A DNA stretch of 63,624 nucleotides, counting the filler, from Actinomycetota bacterium (GTDB lineage: Bacteria; Actinomycetota; Acidimicrobiia; IMCC26256; VFJJ01): the NCBI GenBank assembly GCA_009886115.1. It is 4 parts of 4 records of this genome, joined end to end, with 100 filler letters (N's around TTAATTAATTAA, not from the genome) between each part and the next. Parts side by side here need not be neighbours in the genome. Positions count along the whole stretch, not along the records: positions 20,471 to 50,530 come from VFJJ01000200.1; positions 50,631 to 61,301 come from VFJJ01000007.1; 2 more parts are not named here. One strand, written 5' to 3'. Positions 44,841 through 55,032 of the stretch are shown here, in pieces. Each line of letters begins with the position of its first letter. Positions within the stretch are counted from its first letter, which is position 1. The position numbers and the translations under genes are program-made. The notes under the pieces were generated by a model, which had not been told where the DNA came from, ran no database searches, and was given only the letters and a program-made list of their open reading frames with translations.

Positions 44841-45599
44841 TCAGTGCTCGGGGTGCAGCGATTCGTTGAGGTACACGGCGGTCAGCATCGTGAAGATGTA
44901 CGCCTGGAGCACGGCCACCAGGATCTCGAAGCCGGTCATGGCGACGCCCAACAGGATCGGCCCTGGGAGCGCGATCGCCGTCGGCTCGGTGATCCACAAA
45001 GCGGCACTCATGATCGCGGCCAGCGTCAACAACACGTGACCGGCGACCAGGTTGGCGAACAGTCGAACTGCCAGCGAGAACGGCCGGACGAGGAACACCG
45101 AGAACAGTTCAATGAACCCCACCAGCCAGCGCAGGGCGAGCGGGACGTTGCGGGGCCAGACGATGTGGCCCAGGTAGGCGAAGCCCTGCTTCTTGAATCC
45201 CATGAACACCATGAGGATCCAGGTCAGAATGGCCAGCAGGCCGGTGAGCGCGATGCGCGACGTGGCGGGGAACTGGATCACCGGGATGATCGACCAGATG
45301 TTGCAGAAGAAGATGAAGAAGAACAACGCTGACAGGTAGGGAGCCCATTTGCGCCCGGCGTGGCCCATGACCTCGCCGGCAATGTTCTTCTCAACGAGTT
45401 CGAAACCGGCCTCGGCCACGTTCTGCAGGCCGGTCGGCACGAGCGCCCGGGGCCGCGTGCCCAGGCCGAAGACGACCAGCACGCACAGCGTGGCCAGCAC
45501 CATGATGATGGCGGTCTTGTTGAACCCGGCGCCGAACGCCTGCCACTCGAACAGGTGGCTGACCGGCGGGACGTCGAGGGCGAGCACGTGCACCGTCAC
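44841..45599 (-). CDS. atpB: ATP synthase Fo subunit a
   Basis: PTGLQN, RPFSLAVRLFANLVAGH, LQAYIFTML. Confidence 0.97.
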   Translation of the reverse strand: MTVHVLALDVPPVSHLFEWQAFGAGFNKTAIIMVLATLCVLVVFGLGTRPRALVPTGLQNVAEAGFELVEKNIAGEVMGHAGRKWAPYLSALFFFIFFCNIWSIIPVIQFPATSRIALTGLLAILTWILMVFMGFKKQGFAYLGHIVWPRNVPLALRWLVGFIELFSVFLVRPFSLAVRLFANLVAGHVLLTLAAIMSAALWITEPTAIALPGPILLGVAMTGFEILVAVLQAYIFTMLTAVYLNESLHPEH

Positions 45600-46033
45600 T
45601 CCTTCACCGCTGGGACGGGGGACGGCCGGCGCACGCGCAGGCCGGGTTCGGCGAACGAGAGCCGCACCGAGTGCAGCTCCCAGAACAGCAGCGCCAGGTG
45701 GGCGATGGCCATGGTGATGACGAGCGCCTCGATGTCGATGAAGCCAACCTCACGCAGCGCGAAGGCCGAGCCGAACATCACGGCGATACGGATGATGTAA
45801 CCCCCGAGCACGGCACCGCCCGCGACCCCGGGGGAGATCGACGCGCCCCACGACTGCAGCGCAGCAGCCGCCAAGAAGTTCCCGAGCACGATGGCCATGG
45901 CAATGGCCGCGCTCCACGCGCCGTCGGCGCCCCGGATCAGACCGGCGACGACGACGACGACCGGTGACGCGAGCAACGCGTGCCGGGCGAGATCACGGGC
46001 GATCTGACGCTCTACGGCCGGGACCTGGTCCAC
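45596..46033 (-). CDS. atpI: ATP synthase protein I
   Basis: Four hydrophobic segments, GYIIR; immediately upstream of atpB. Confidence 0.8.
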   Translation of the reverse strand: MDQVPAVERQIARDLARHALLASPVVVVVAGLIRGADGAWSAAIAMAIVLGNFLAAAALQSWGASISPGVAGGAVLGGYIIRIAVMFGSAFALREVGFIDIEALVITMAIAHLALLFWELHSVRLSFAEPGLRVRRPSPVPAVKE

Positions 46034-46281
46034 GGCTTTCCCTTCTCCTGCACGGTCATCGAGATGGCGTAGGCGAAGTACACCCGGGCCACCGCGCCGA
46101 CCACTCCACCGACGAGCAAGATGACGAACAGCACCGGACGGATACCGAACACACCGTCGAGCCACCATCCGAGCAGCCCGAACAGGGTGGGAACGACCAC
46201 CAGCTCGATCGACAACGACAGGCCATCGCCCATGCCGCCGTAGCGCGCCTGGCGCTGTGCGTGCTGGTCGGCCTGGCTCAT
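46012..46281 (-). CDS. AtpZ/AtpI-family small membrane protein
   Basis: LFGLLGWWLDGVFGIRP (GxxxDxxxxxxP) motif; first gene of the atp operon. Confidence 0.85.
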   Translation of the reverse strand: MSQADQHAQRQARYGGMGDGLSLSIELVVVPTLFGLLGWWLDGVFGIRPVLFVILLVGGVVGAVARVYFAYAISMTVQEKGKPWTRSRP

Positions 46282-46335
46282 GCGCGTCGCTACTCCCCGT
46301 GTGCAAACGCAGGCAACGCCCCATGGCGAAGCGGC

Positions 46336-46353
46336 TTGTGAAACCACGCTCAA
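46336..46353. promoter_or_regulatory. Possible Rex operator upstream of the atp operon
   Basis: TTGTGAA-ACCA-CGCTCAA versus consensus TTGTGAA-N4-TTCACAA (11/14 matches). Confidence 0.4.
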
Positions 46354-46479
46354 ACTAGACGATCGTTTCCGGCCGCTTCCAACTCTGCGTCATTCTGCGG
46401 GGCCCACCGGCTTTCGGCCATCCGCCAGTGCGGATCGGGGCCTACCCCCTCACTGCCACGCCCACGTCCAGAGAGAACT

Positions 46480-47736
46480 TCAGCGTTCGGCGATCTTGCG
46501 GTGGTCGTCGAGGGCGATGACTTCGCCGCCGGGGCCATCGTGCTGGTCGAGCGCGACCGTGTCATCGAGCGCGACCGTGGCGGGCTCGATGCGGCCGGTG
46601 GGATGGTGCGCGCGCGCCGCTTCGAGGCGGCGCTCGCGAGCGCCAGGATGGAACACCGCGTACAGCAGCAACGCCAGGGCGGCGAACACCAGCGGCACCA
46701 TCATCTGGAGGCCGTCGCCGATCTCGTAGGTGGGCAGGAGGACCACGGCCGACAGGACGGCCGTCCAGCACCAGAGGATGACCACCGCCCGGCGATGTCC
46801 ATGACCCAGGCGGACCAGCCGATGATGGAGGTGCTCGCGGTCGGCGGCGGCGAACGACGTGCGGCGCGCCACCCGCCGCACGAACGCGAACACGGTGTCG
46901 AGGAGGGGCACGCCCAGGATCACCAACGGGATCACGAGCGGCGCAAGGAAGAAATAGGTCTGACCGGTCTGGCCGGTGAGCGGCTGCTCGGCGCGGCCAG
47001 CCACCACCGAGGTGCTCGACGCCATGAGCAGACCGAGGAACAGGGCACCGGCGTCGCCCATGAAGATCTTGGCCCGATGGAAGTTCCAGGGCAGGAACCC
47101 CACGCACACCCCGACAGCCAGGCAGGCGATGAGCGGTCCGAGGTTGCCTCCGGGCAACAGGCCCTTCTTGAACAACCTGTCGTCGTAGAGGAACAGCGCG
47201 GCGCCGCCGATGGCGACGATGCCCGCCGCGAGACCGTCGAGACCGTCGATGAGGTTGATGGCGTTGGCCATCACCACGACCCAGGCCACGGTGACGAGGA
47301 ACTGCCAGTTGGCCGAGAGCACGAACACGTCGTCGACGAACGGGACGCGGAAGTAGATCATGGTGACGCCGAGCATGTACAAGACGCTCGCCGCCAGCAC
47401 CTGGCCGGCGATCTTGGCCGGGGGCGACACCTCACGGAGATCGTCGAGCATCCCGACGACGAGCATCACCCCGGCGGCGAGCAGCACCCCGAGCGGCTCG
47501 GAGGTGTCGTGGAAGATCTCCTTGAACTGGGGGATGCGGCTGGCGACGGCCAGCGCCACCGCGAACCCCACGAACATCGCCACGCCGCCCAGGGTGGGAA
47601 CGGCCTCGTCGTGGATGTGCCGGGCGTCGCCCGCCGGCGCGACGGCGCCGAACCGGAGCGCGAGTCGCCGCACCAGAGGGGTGACGAGGAGCGTCACCAG
47701 CGCCGAGACGGCGAGCACGATCGAGTAGCCGCCCAT
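46480..47736 (-). CDS. wecA: WecA/MraY-family polyprenyl-phosphate GlcNAc-1-phosphate transferase
   Basis: PTLGG, GMLDD, NAINLIDGLDGLA, IFMGDAG, DREHLHH; glyA-wecA-atp order. Confidence 0.93.
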   Translation of the reverse strand: MGGYSIVLAVSALVTLLVTPLVRRLALRFGAVAPAGDARHIHDEAVPTLGGVAMFVGFAVALAVASRIPQFKEIFHDTSEPLGVLLAAGVMLVVGMLDDLREVSPPAKIAGQVLAASVLYMLGVTMIYFRVPFVDDVFVLSANWQFLVTVAWVVVMANAINLIDGLDGLAAGIVAIGGAALFLYDDRLFKKGLLPGGNLGPLIACLAVGVCVGFLPWNFHRAKIFMGDAGALFLGLLMASSTSVVAGRAEQPLTGQTGQTYFFLAPLVIPLVILGVPLLDTVFAFVRRVARRTSFAAADREHLHHRLVRLGHGHRRAVVILWCWTAVLSAVVLLPTYEIGDGLQMMVPLVFAALALLLYAVFHPGARERRLEAARAHHPTGRIEPATVALDDTVALDQHDGPGGEVIALDDHRKIAER

Positions 47737-47813
47737 TCCCCCTCAGCCTCGCGCGCCGAGCGGGGTCGGTGTCGGTCGAGCCGACCGCCGCTCGGAGGGA
47801 ACCATCGATCGGA

Positions 47814-49094
47814 TCAGCCGACGAGCTCGGGGTAGGGCGTGAAGCGCCCGCACAGTTCGTGCACCTCGGCCAGCACGCCCCGGCGCACCGATTCATCGCC
47901 CACACCGCGCAACGCCCGGGCGATGAGACGGGCGACCTCGCTCATCTCGCCGACGCCCATCCCGGCGGTGGTGACAGCGGCGGTTCCCAGGCGCAGGCCG
48001 CTCGTGACGAACGGCTTCTCGGGGTCGTTGGGGATCTGGTTCTTGTTGCAGGTGATACCCGCGGTGTCGAGCGCCTCCTGGGCCACCTTGCCGGTGACCC
48101 CGAAGGGACGGAGGTCGACGAGCATGAGGTGGTTGTCGGTGCCGCCCGAGACGATGCGGAACCCCTCGTCGGTGAGCGCCGCGGCCAGCGCGACGGCGTT
48201 GGTGACGACCCGGGCCGCATAGTCGCGAAACGACGGCGCGAGCGCTTCCCTGAAGGCCACGGCCTTGGCCGCGATGACGTGCATCATCGGCCCGCCCTGC
48301 AAGCCGGGGAACACAGCCTTGTCGATCGACGCACCGTGCTCGGCCCGCGAGACGATCGCTGCGCCCCTCGGCCCCCGCAGCGTCTTGTGCGTCGTGAAGC
48401 TGACGACGTCGGCGTGCGGGACCGGCGTGGGATGCGCGCCGCCGGCGACGAGACCAGCGATGTGCGCCGCGTCGACGATCAGGAGCGCTCCGATCTCGTC
48501 GGCGATCGAGCGGAAGGCCGCGAAGTCGATGAGGCGCGGGTAGGCCGTGGCTCCGGCCACGATGGCCCGGGGTCGCTCGCGCACCGCAAGTGAGCGGATG
48601 ACGTCGTAGTCGAGCATCTCGGTCGTTTCGTCGACGCCGTAGGAGACGAAGTCGTACATGATGCCGCTGAAGTTGACCGGTGATCCGTGGGTGAGGTGCC
48701 CGCCCTGATCGAGTCGCATCCCCATGACCTTGTCGCCCGGCTTGAGCAGCGCCTGGTACACGGCCATGTTCGCCACGGCCCCGGCATGGGGCTGCACGTT
48801 GGCGTGCTCGGCCCCGAAGAGCTCGCGGGCGCGGCTCCGGGCCAGCTCCTCGGCCTCGTCGACGATCAGGTTCCCGCCGTAGTACCGCTTGGCCGGGTAG
48901 CCCTCGGAGTACTTGTTGGTGAGGACCGTCCCCATGGCCTCCATCACCGCTGGCGAGGTGAAGTTCTCGCTGGCGATGAGTTGGATGGTGGTGTTCTGCC
49001 GAACGATCTCGCGCCCGACGATGGAGGCGATCTCGGGATCGACCGTGGAGAGATCGCGGACTCGGCTGGGAGCGGGGCTCGAATCAGACGTCAT
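47814..49094 (-). CDS. glyA: Serine hydroxymethyltransferase
   Basis: [39 protein letters not shown]. Confidence 0.98.
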   Translation of the reverse strand: MTSDSSPAPSRVRDLSTVDPEIASIVGREIVRQNTTIQLIASENFTSPAVMEAMGTVLTNKYSEGYPAKRYYGGNLIVDEAEELARSRARELFGAEHANVQPHAGAVANMAVYQALLKPGDKVMGMRLDQGGHLTHGSPVNFSGIMYDFVSYGVDETTEMLDYDVIRSLAVRERPRAIVAGATAYPRLIDFAAFRSIADEIGALLIVDAAHIAGLVAGGAHPTPVPHADVVSFTTHKTLRGPRGAAIVSRAEHGASIDKAVFPGLQGGPMMHVIAAKAVAFREALAPSFRDYAARVVTNAVALAAALTDEGFRIVSGGTDNHLMLVDLRPFGVTGKVAQEALDTAGITCNKNQIPNDPEKPFVTSGLRLGTAAVTTAGMGVGEMSEVARLIARALRGVGDESVRRGVLAEVHELCGRFTPYPELVG

Positions 49095-49609
49095 GACGAC
49101 AGTGTCTCCTGTGACCGCTGGGCTTTCTGGGCATTCTGGGTGTGCAGGGTGTGCTGGGATTCCTGGGATTCCTGGGCTTCGATCTCGGCGACCAGCTCGA
49201 TGCGGCGTTGGTGGCGCCCCCCCTCGAACGGGGTCTCGAGGAAGATCCGCAGGATCTCCTCGGCCAGCCCGAGGCCCACGATGCGGCCCCCCATCGAGAG
49301 CACGTTGGCGTCGTTGTGGCTGCGGCCCAGGCGGGCCGTGAAGAGGTCGTTGCACAACGCGGCCCGGACGCCACGGACCTTGTTGGCCGCGATCTGCTCA
49401 CCCTGGCCACTGCCGCCGAGCACGATCCCACGATCGGCCTGACCGCCCACGACCGCTCGACCCACGGCCGCGCAGATCGGCGGGTAGTCGACCGCCTCCT
49501 CCGAGTACGTCCCCAGGTCGGCAACCTCGTGACCCCACGCCCGGCAGTGCTCGACGAGCACCTGCTTGAGCGCGAACCCGGCATGGTCGCACCCGATGGC
49601 GATCCTCAC
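49091..49609 (-). CDS. rpiB: Ribose-5-phosphate isomerase B
   Basis: [43 protein letters not shown]. Confidence 0.96.
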   Translation of the reverse strand: MRIAIGCDHAGFALKQVLVEHCRAWGHEVADLGTYSEEAVDYPPICAAVGRAVVGGQADRGIVLGGSGQGEQIAANKVRGVRAALCNDLFTARLGRSHNDANVLSMGGRIVGLGLAEEILRIFLETPFEGGRHQRRIELVAEIEAQESQESQHTLHTQNAQKAQRSQETLSS

Positions 49610-49721
49610 TCGTGCCCTCCCGAGAACGTCGACTCGACCGGCGACGCCCACAGCGGCGCCGTCGCCGCCATGGCCTCCGAAGTCTACGGCCCGTTTCCGA
49701 CCCCACCGGTACGGTGTCGAT

Positions 49722-50530
49722 GTGCCCCCTCGAAGTGAGCGTGTCGAGCCCGTTCCGGCGTTGTTCGTCTCGCCGCATCTCGATGACGTCGCGCTCTCGG
49801 CCGGGGCCACGGTGCACCGTCTCGCGCGGCTCGGCCATCGCATCACGGTGGCCACGGTTTTCGCCGGCGAACGCCCCGCCGGATCGCTTTCGCCCTTCGC
49901 CGGCGAGCTCCACCTCGCCTGGGGTCTCGGCGCGGAGCCCATCGAGGCCCGCCGGGCCGAGGACCGGGCTGCGGCCTCCGAGCTCGGCGGTGACCGGGTG
50001 AGCCCCGTCCACCTCGACTTCATCGATGCCGTCTATCGGACCGATCATCGCGGCGAGCCGCGCTACCCCGACTGGACGTCGACATCGAGCGGGTGGCTCC
50101 ACACCCTCGACCACGGCCTGATCGCCACGGTCGCCACGGCCATCGGGGGTCTGATCGAGACCCTGACCGCGACGTTCGGAAGCGCCCCGAAGGTGTTCGG
50201 GCCCCTCGGCGCCGGGGGCCACGTCGACCACGTGGTCGTCAGGCAGGCACTCGACGGCCTCGGGACACCGATCGACCGGTATGAGGATCTCCCCTACGTC
50301 GCTCGGGCCGGCGGCGTCGCGACGGCCCCGGTGGCCGGGCTCCACCCGTGGCTCGAGGAGCTCGACGAGGAGGACCTCGCGGCGAAGTCGCGAGCCGTGG
50401 CCTGCTACCGCTCGCAACTCGAGACGGTCTTCGGTCCCGACTCGCCCGAGCTGCTCGAGCGATATGCCCGGTTCGTGGGGCGCAGCCGGCCGGCCGAGCG
50501 CTTCTGGTCGGATCGCGGAGCGTCAACCTC
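49722..50530 (+). CDS. PIG-L/LmbE-family deacetylase; runs into the gap, start uncertain
   Basis: SPHLDD, RRAED, GGHVDH, YEDLPY, CYRSQL. Confidence 0.88.
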
Positions 50531-50630
50531 NNNNNNNNNNNNNNNNNNNNNNNNNNNNNNNNNNNNNNNNNNNNTTAATTAATTAANNNNNNNNNNNNNN
50601 NNNNNNNNNNNNNNNNNNNNNNNNNNNNNN
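50531..50630. other. Artificial contig spacer
   Basis: Ns with central TTAATTAATTAA. Confidence 0.98.
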
Positions 50631-51126
50631 CGGCAGCGAGGCGCCCCGAGGCGAGGCCGGCGAGATCGTGGTGCGCGGCTACAGCGTCATGACGGAGTAC
50701 TTCGACGACACGGAGGCCACCGCGGCAGCGATCGATGCCGAAGGTTGGCTCCACACCGGTGACCTCGGGGTGATGGACGACCGGGGCTACCTGCGGATCG
50801 TGGGCCGCATCAAGGACATGTACATCGTCGGCGGCTTCAACGCCTACCCCGCCGAGATCGAGAACATGCTCCTCACCCACCCGACGATCGCCCAGGTGGC
50901 CGTGATCGGCATCCCCGACGAGCGCCTCGGCGAGGTGGGGATGGCGTTCTGCGTGCTGCGCCAGGGAGCCCGTCTCGACGCCGCTGCGCTCACGGCCTGG
51001 AGCCGAGAGCGCATGGCCAACTACAAGGTGCCTCGGCGGTTCGAGCTCGTCGACGCCCTGCCCGTCAACGCCACCGGCAAGGTCGTCAAGGAGGAGCTGC
51101 GCGCCCGAGTGATCCCGGCGAGCTGA
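50631..51126 (+). CDS. Acyl-CoA synthetase (FadD3-like), C-terminal part only
   Basis: [47 protein letters not shown]. Confidence 0.92.
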
Positions 51127-51192
51127 TCGTTGCCGTCGTCTGTCGTTCGGTCCGGCGTGGCGGATATCGTGCGTCGTGAAATGAGCTCGACG

Positions 51193-51210
51193 TCGACGTC
51201 AACGTCGGCA
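51193..51210. promoter_or_regulatory. Candidate operator, copy of the motif at 53854
   Basis: TCGACGTCAACGTCGGCA, 15/18 identical to 53854-53871; upstream of the SDR-TetR pair. Confidence 0.4.
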
Positions 51211-51232
51211 CCAGGGGAAGGGCACCGAAGAC

Positions 51233-52057
51233 ATGGGTATCGAGGCATTCCGGTACGACGGCAAGCGGGCACTCGTGGTGGGAGGCGCCACCGGGATGGG
51301 CGCCGCGACGGCGAAGCTCCTCCAAGACGTCGGCGCCGACGTCGTGGTCATGGACTACGCGCCCGTCACGCAGTCAGGCGTGCAGTTCATCCAGGTCGAC
51401 CTGCGCAACCAGGCCAGCATCGACGCCGCGATCGACACCTGTGGTGGTCCGGTCCACGCGCTGTTCGCCTGTGCCGGTGTCGCCGACGGCACCGACGGGC
51501 TCGAGCGGATCAACTTCCTCGGTCACCGCCACCTCATCGAGCGCATGGTGGCCCAGGGCACGGTCGGCCGCGGTGGTTCGATCGGCGCCATCTCGTCGGC
51601 CGCCGGGCTGGGCTGGGAGAGCAACCTCGCTGAGCTCAAGGAGTATCTGGCCACGTCCGACATGGCCACGGGCACGGCATGGGCCGTCGAGCACAAGCGC
51701 ACCGACTACATGTGGAGCAAGCAGGCGATGAACCTCTACGTCGCCGCCCAGGCGTTCCCCTTGCTGGCGAAGGGGATTCGCATCAACGCCATCTGCCCGG
51801 GACCCACCGACACGCCGCTCGCCCAGGCCAACGCCGAGACCTGGCTCGGCTTCGGCACCGACTATCGCGAAGCGACGGGCGTGGCCGCGTCGACCCCGGA
51901 GGAGCAGGCGTATCCGTTGGTGTTCCTGGGATCGGCGGCGGCTTCTCACGTCAACGGCATCATCATGGTCACCGACGCGGGGTACATGTCGTCGGGCCTG
52001 ACCGGCTCCTACGAGCCGGCCGTCGGCGCCGCCATGTTCCTGTACGGCCGCCTGTGA
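51233..52057 (+). CDS. SDR-family oxidoreductase
   Basis: GGATGMG, YMWSK (YxxxK), RINAICPGPTDT. Confidence 0.92.
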   Translation: MGIEAFRYDGKRALVVGGATGMGAATAKLLQDVGADVVVMDYAPVTQSGVQFIQVDLRNQASIDAAIDTCGGPVHALFACAGVADGTDGLERINFLGHRHLIERMVAQGTVGRGGSIGAISSAAGLGWESNLAELKEYLATSDMATGTAWAVEHKRTDYMWSKQAMNLYVAAQAFPLLAKGIRINAICPGPTDTPLAQANAETWLGFGTDYREATGVAASTPEEQAYPLVFLGSAAASHVNGIIMVTDAGYMSSGLTGSYEPAVGAAMFLYGRL

Positions 52058-52962
52058 GTCGACGCAGCGACCCCGCTGCTCGGCGCTCAACCACGACCTC
52101 GGAGCATCGCGGCAGTCGGGAGTCGCAGGGGAGCACCGACGGGCACACGCCCACAACGCCGACGACGACGGCGGTGGGCGTCACCGGGCCCAATGCACCC
52201 CGGTCGCGCAAGGGAACCGAGACACGCGCGCGCCTGCTCGCTGCGGCCAAGCTGGTGTTCGAGGACGACGGCTTCCTCGGCGCCCGGATCTCCGACATCG
52301 CCGAGTGGGCCGGGCTCTCCCACGGGTCCTTCTACCACTACTTCGATTCCAAGGAGCAGATCTTCCGAGAGGTCGCGGCCGTCCACGAGGCGTTGCTCAC
52401 GGCGCCACCCGACCACCCCGAGCCGGTGGACGGGCCGGGTTGCTCACCCCGCGATCGGATCCGCACAGCCAACCGGCGCTACCTCACCCGCTACCGCGAC
52501 GAGGCGCGGATCATGGGGGTCATCGAGCAGGTGTCGCGCCACGACGCGGCGGTGAACGAGGCTCGGACCGTGAGCCACAAGGACCTCGCCGCCCGCGCCG
52601 AACGGGCCATCCGCCGATTGCAGGCCGACGGCGTTGTGTCGGCATCGCTCGACCCGGCCATCGCCGCCACGGCCCTGGGCGCCATGGTGGCGCGCTTCGC
52701 CGAGCTGTGGTTGGTGCAGGCCTACGCCGAGTACGACATCGACGAGGCGGTCGAACAGCTCACCCTGTTGTGGGCGAACGCTCTGGGCCTGCCCGAGGAA
52801 CCTTCGACGCCGGCGGCGCTTCGGCGCAAGCCCAAGCCCGGCAAGCCCAAGCCCGGCAAGGCCAGCAAGCCCGGCAAGGCCAGGAAGCCCGTCAAAGCCA
52901 CGACCCCCGTCAAGGTCAAGAAACCCGGCAAGCCCAAGACGTCCGTCACGGCCAACGGGTAG
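52054..52962 (+). CDS. TetR/AcrR-family regulator with Lys/Pro-rich C-terminal tail; start uncertain
   Basis: TRARLLAAAKLVF...ISDIAEWAGLSHGSFYHYFDSKEQIF. Confidence 0.92.
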   Translation: MSRRSDPAARRSTTTSEHRGSRESQGSTDGHTPTTPTTTAVGVTGPNAPRSRKGTETRARLLAAAKLVFEDDGFLGARISDIAEWAGLSHGSFYHYFDSKEQIFREVAAVHEALLTAPPDHPEPVDGPGCSPRDRIRTANRRYLTRYRDEARIMGVIEQVSRHDAAVNEARTVSHKDLAARAERAIRRLQADGVVSASLDPAIAATALGAMVARFAELWLVQAYAEYDIDEAVEQLTLLWANALGLPEEPSTPAALRRKPKPGKPKPGKASKPGKARKPVKATTPVKVKKPGKPKTSVTANG

Positions 52963-52985
52963 GAAGCGGGACGATCGTCGGCGGC

Positions 52986-53786
52986 TCAGCTCGATGGGCT
53001 GCGTCGCAGCATCTTCGAGAGGTTGGCACGAAACGCCGGCTCGTCGAACGACGCCGACTCGGCCACGAGCGCGTCGTGGAGCAGGGACTCGACGGCACCG
53101 TGCAGCGCCCGGTTCAGCAACGCCTTGGTCTCGCGCACCGATTGCGGTGGGAGCGCGGCCAACCGTGCCGCCAGCTCGAGAGCCGTGGTCACGGATGTCC
53201 CGGTGGGGACAACCCGGTTGGCCAGGCCGATGCGCAGCGCCTCATCGGCGGGGAGACGGTCGCCAAGGAGGATGTACTCCTTGGCCTTCAGCAGGCTGGT
53301 GAGCAGCGGCCAGGTGATGGCCCCGCCGTCGCCGGCCACCAGGCCGAGGGCCACGTGAGGATCGGCGAGATAGGCCTGTTCCTCCATCACCACGATGTCG
53401 CACGTTGCGGCCAGGCTGCACCCCAGACCGACCGCGGCTCCGTTGACGGCGGCGATGATCGGCACCTGGACCGAGAGCATTCCCTTGACGATCGCTCCTC
53501 CTTCGGCCAGCACCGAGGCCCGAAGCTCGGTGTCGTCCGACATGCGCTCGAGGAGGTTCAGATCGCCGCCGCCCGAGAAGGCCTTTCCCGCACCGGTGAT
53601 GACGATGGCCGCCACGTCGGGATCGGCGGCGAGCTCGGGCCAGATCAGGGCCAGCTCGCGATGGAGCGTCTCGTCGGCGGCGTTGAACGCCTCGGGGCGG
53701 TTCAGGGTCACCAGCCGCACGGCGCCGTGGTGCTCGACGAGCAACTCAGCGCCAGGACCTCGACGTTCGACGACGTTCTCGCTCAT
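52986..53786 (-). CDS. Enoyl-CoA hydratase/isomerase family protein
   Basis: LNRPEAFNA, FSGGGDL, AVNGAAVGLG, DPHVALGLVAGDGG. Confidence 0.93.
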   Translation of the reverse strand: MSENVVERRGPGAELLVEHHGAVRLVTLNRPEAFNAADETLHRELALIWPELAADPDVAAIVITGAGKAFSGGGDLNLLERMSDDTELRASVLAEGGAIVKGMLSVQVPIIAAVNGAAVGLGCSLAATCDIVVMEEQAYLADPHVALGLVAGDGGAITWPLLTSLLKAKEYILLGDRLPADEALRIGLANRVVPTGTSVTTALELAARLAALPPQSVRETKALLNRALHGAVESLLHDALVAESASFDEPAFRANLSKMLRRSPSS

Positions 53787-53852
53787 GTGCTTCCTCACAG
53801 CGGCTCAGGCCGCAGGGTCGTTCGCGTTGCGCCGGGCCCGGCATATTTCTAT

Positions 53853-53871
53853 ATTGACGTCAATGTCGTCA
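53853..53871. promoter_or_regulatory. Palindromic operator candidate in a divergent promoter region
   Basis: Perfect palindrome ATTGACGTCAAT (53853-53864) in an AT-rich patch between divergent genes. Confidence 0.55.
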
Positions 53872-55032
53872 ATTGAGGGTGGCCGATCCGACCCCGATGG
53901 CCGAGCCGACCCGCTCCACGACCTGCGGACGTTCGTCGACGAGCTGGAGGCGTGGTTGGTCACAGGCCCGGCGACCCTCGACGCCGCCCGAGCGCCGATC
54001 CCGTCGTTCGCCGAGCGGGTCGAGGTGATGTCGCGCCTCATGGCCGACCTCCACGACGCCGGCTGGGCCCGCTACGGCTGGCCCGAGTCGTTGGGAGGTC
54101 TCGGTGGCACCATCGTGCATCGGGCCGCGATGTGGGATGCCCTGGCCCGCCGCGGCGTCGCGGGCATGGCGCTCTTCGAGCACCTCGAGGTGCTCGCCCC
54201 CACGCTCGTGGCCCTGGGTCCCCGAGACTTCGTGGTCCGGGCCCTGCCGGCCTTTCTGTCGGGGCGCGAGCTCTGGGCTCAGGGCTTCTCCGAGCCCGAA
54301 GCGGGTTCCGACCTGGCGTCGTTGCGCACCCGGGCCGTTGCGGCCGACGGCGGCTTCATCGTCAACGGCCGCAAGATCTGGACGAGCTGGGCGCGCTACG
54401 CCACGTGGTGTCTCCTCCTCACTCGGACGGGCACACCCGAGTCGCGCCACCGCGGGCTCACAGCGCTCATCGTCGACCTGCGTTCGCGCGGGGTCGAGGT
54501 CACCACCATCGTCCAAGCCAACGGCACCGACGAGCTGGCCGAGGTCGTCTTCGACGACGTGTTCGTCCCCGCCGATCGCATCGTGGGTCAGCTCGACGGC
54601 GGATGGGCCGTGGCCATGCACATCCTCAGCTCCGAGCGAGGAACCTTCGCCTGGTTCCGGCACTGCTTCTTGTACCAACACCTGCGCGAGCACCTCGATC
54701 ACGGCGACGCGGGGAACGACTTCGGGCTCGGGGGCGCGCTGCTCGACCTGGTGGCCGTCACCGCCACCAGTCACGACGGACTGCGGTCGCACGAGGCGGG
54801 CGTGCCACTCGGGCCTCGGGCGACGTTCACCAAGCTGCTCCTGTGCGCGGCCGAGCAGGCGGTGAACGACTGGATCCTCGACGCCGACGCCGACCTGGCC
54901 GTGGGGGTGCAAGACGCCGCCACGGCCATGCGCCGCCAGGAGTACCTCTTCTCTCGGATCGTGACCGTGTACGGGGGCTCCCAGCAGATGCAGCTCGAGA
55001 CGATCGCCAAGCAGGCACTGGGTCTGCCGTGA
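53863..55032 (+). CDS. Acyl-CoA dehydrogenase
   Basis: WPESLGG, WAQGFSEPEAGSDLASLRT, NGRKIWTS, VYGGS. Confidence 0.93.
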   Translation: MSSIEGGRSDPDGRADPLHDLRTFVDELEAWLVTGPATLDAARAPIPSFAERVEVMSRLMADLHDAGWARYGWPESLGGLGGTIVHRAAMWDALARRGVAGMALFEHLEVLAPTLVALGPRDFVVRALPAFLSGRELWAQGFSEPEAGSDLASLRTRAVAADGGFIVNGRKIWTSWARYATWCLLLTRTGTPESRHRGLTALIVDLRSRGVEVTTIVQANGTDELAEVVFDDVFVPADRIVGQLDGGWAVAMHILSSERGTFAWFRHCFLYQHLREHLDHGDAGNDFGLGGALLDLVAVTATSHDGLRSHEAGVPLGPRATFTKLLLCAAEQAVNDWILDADADLAVGVQDAATAMRRQEYLFSRIVTVYGGSQQMQLETIAKQALGLP

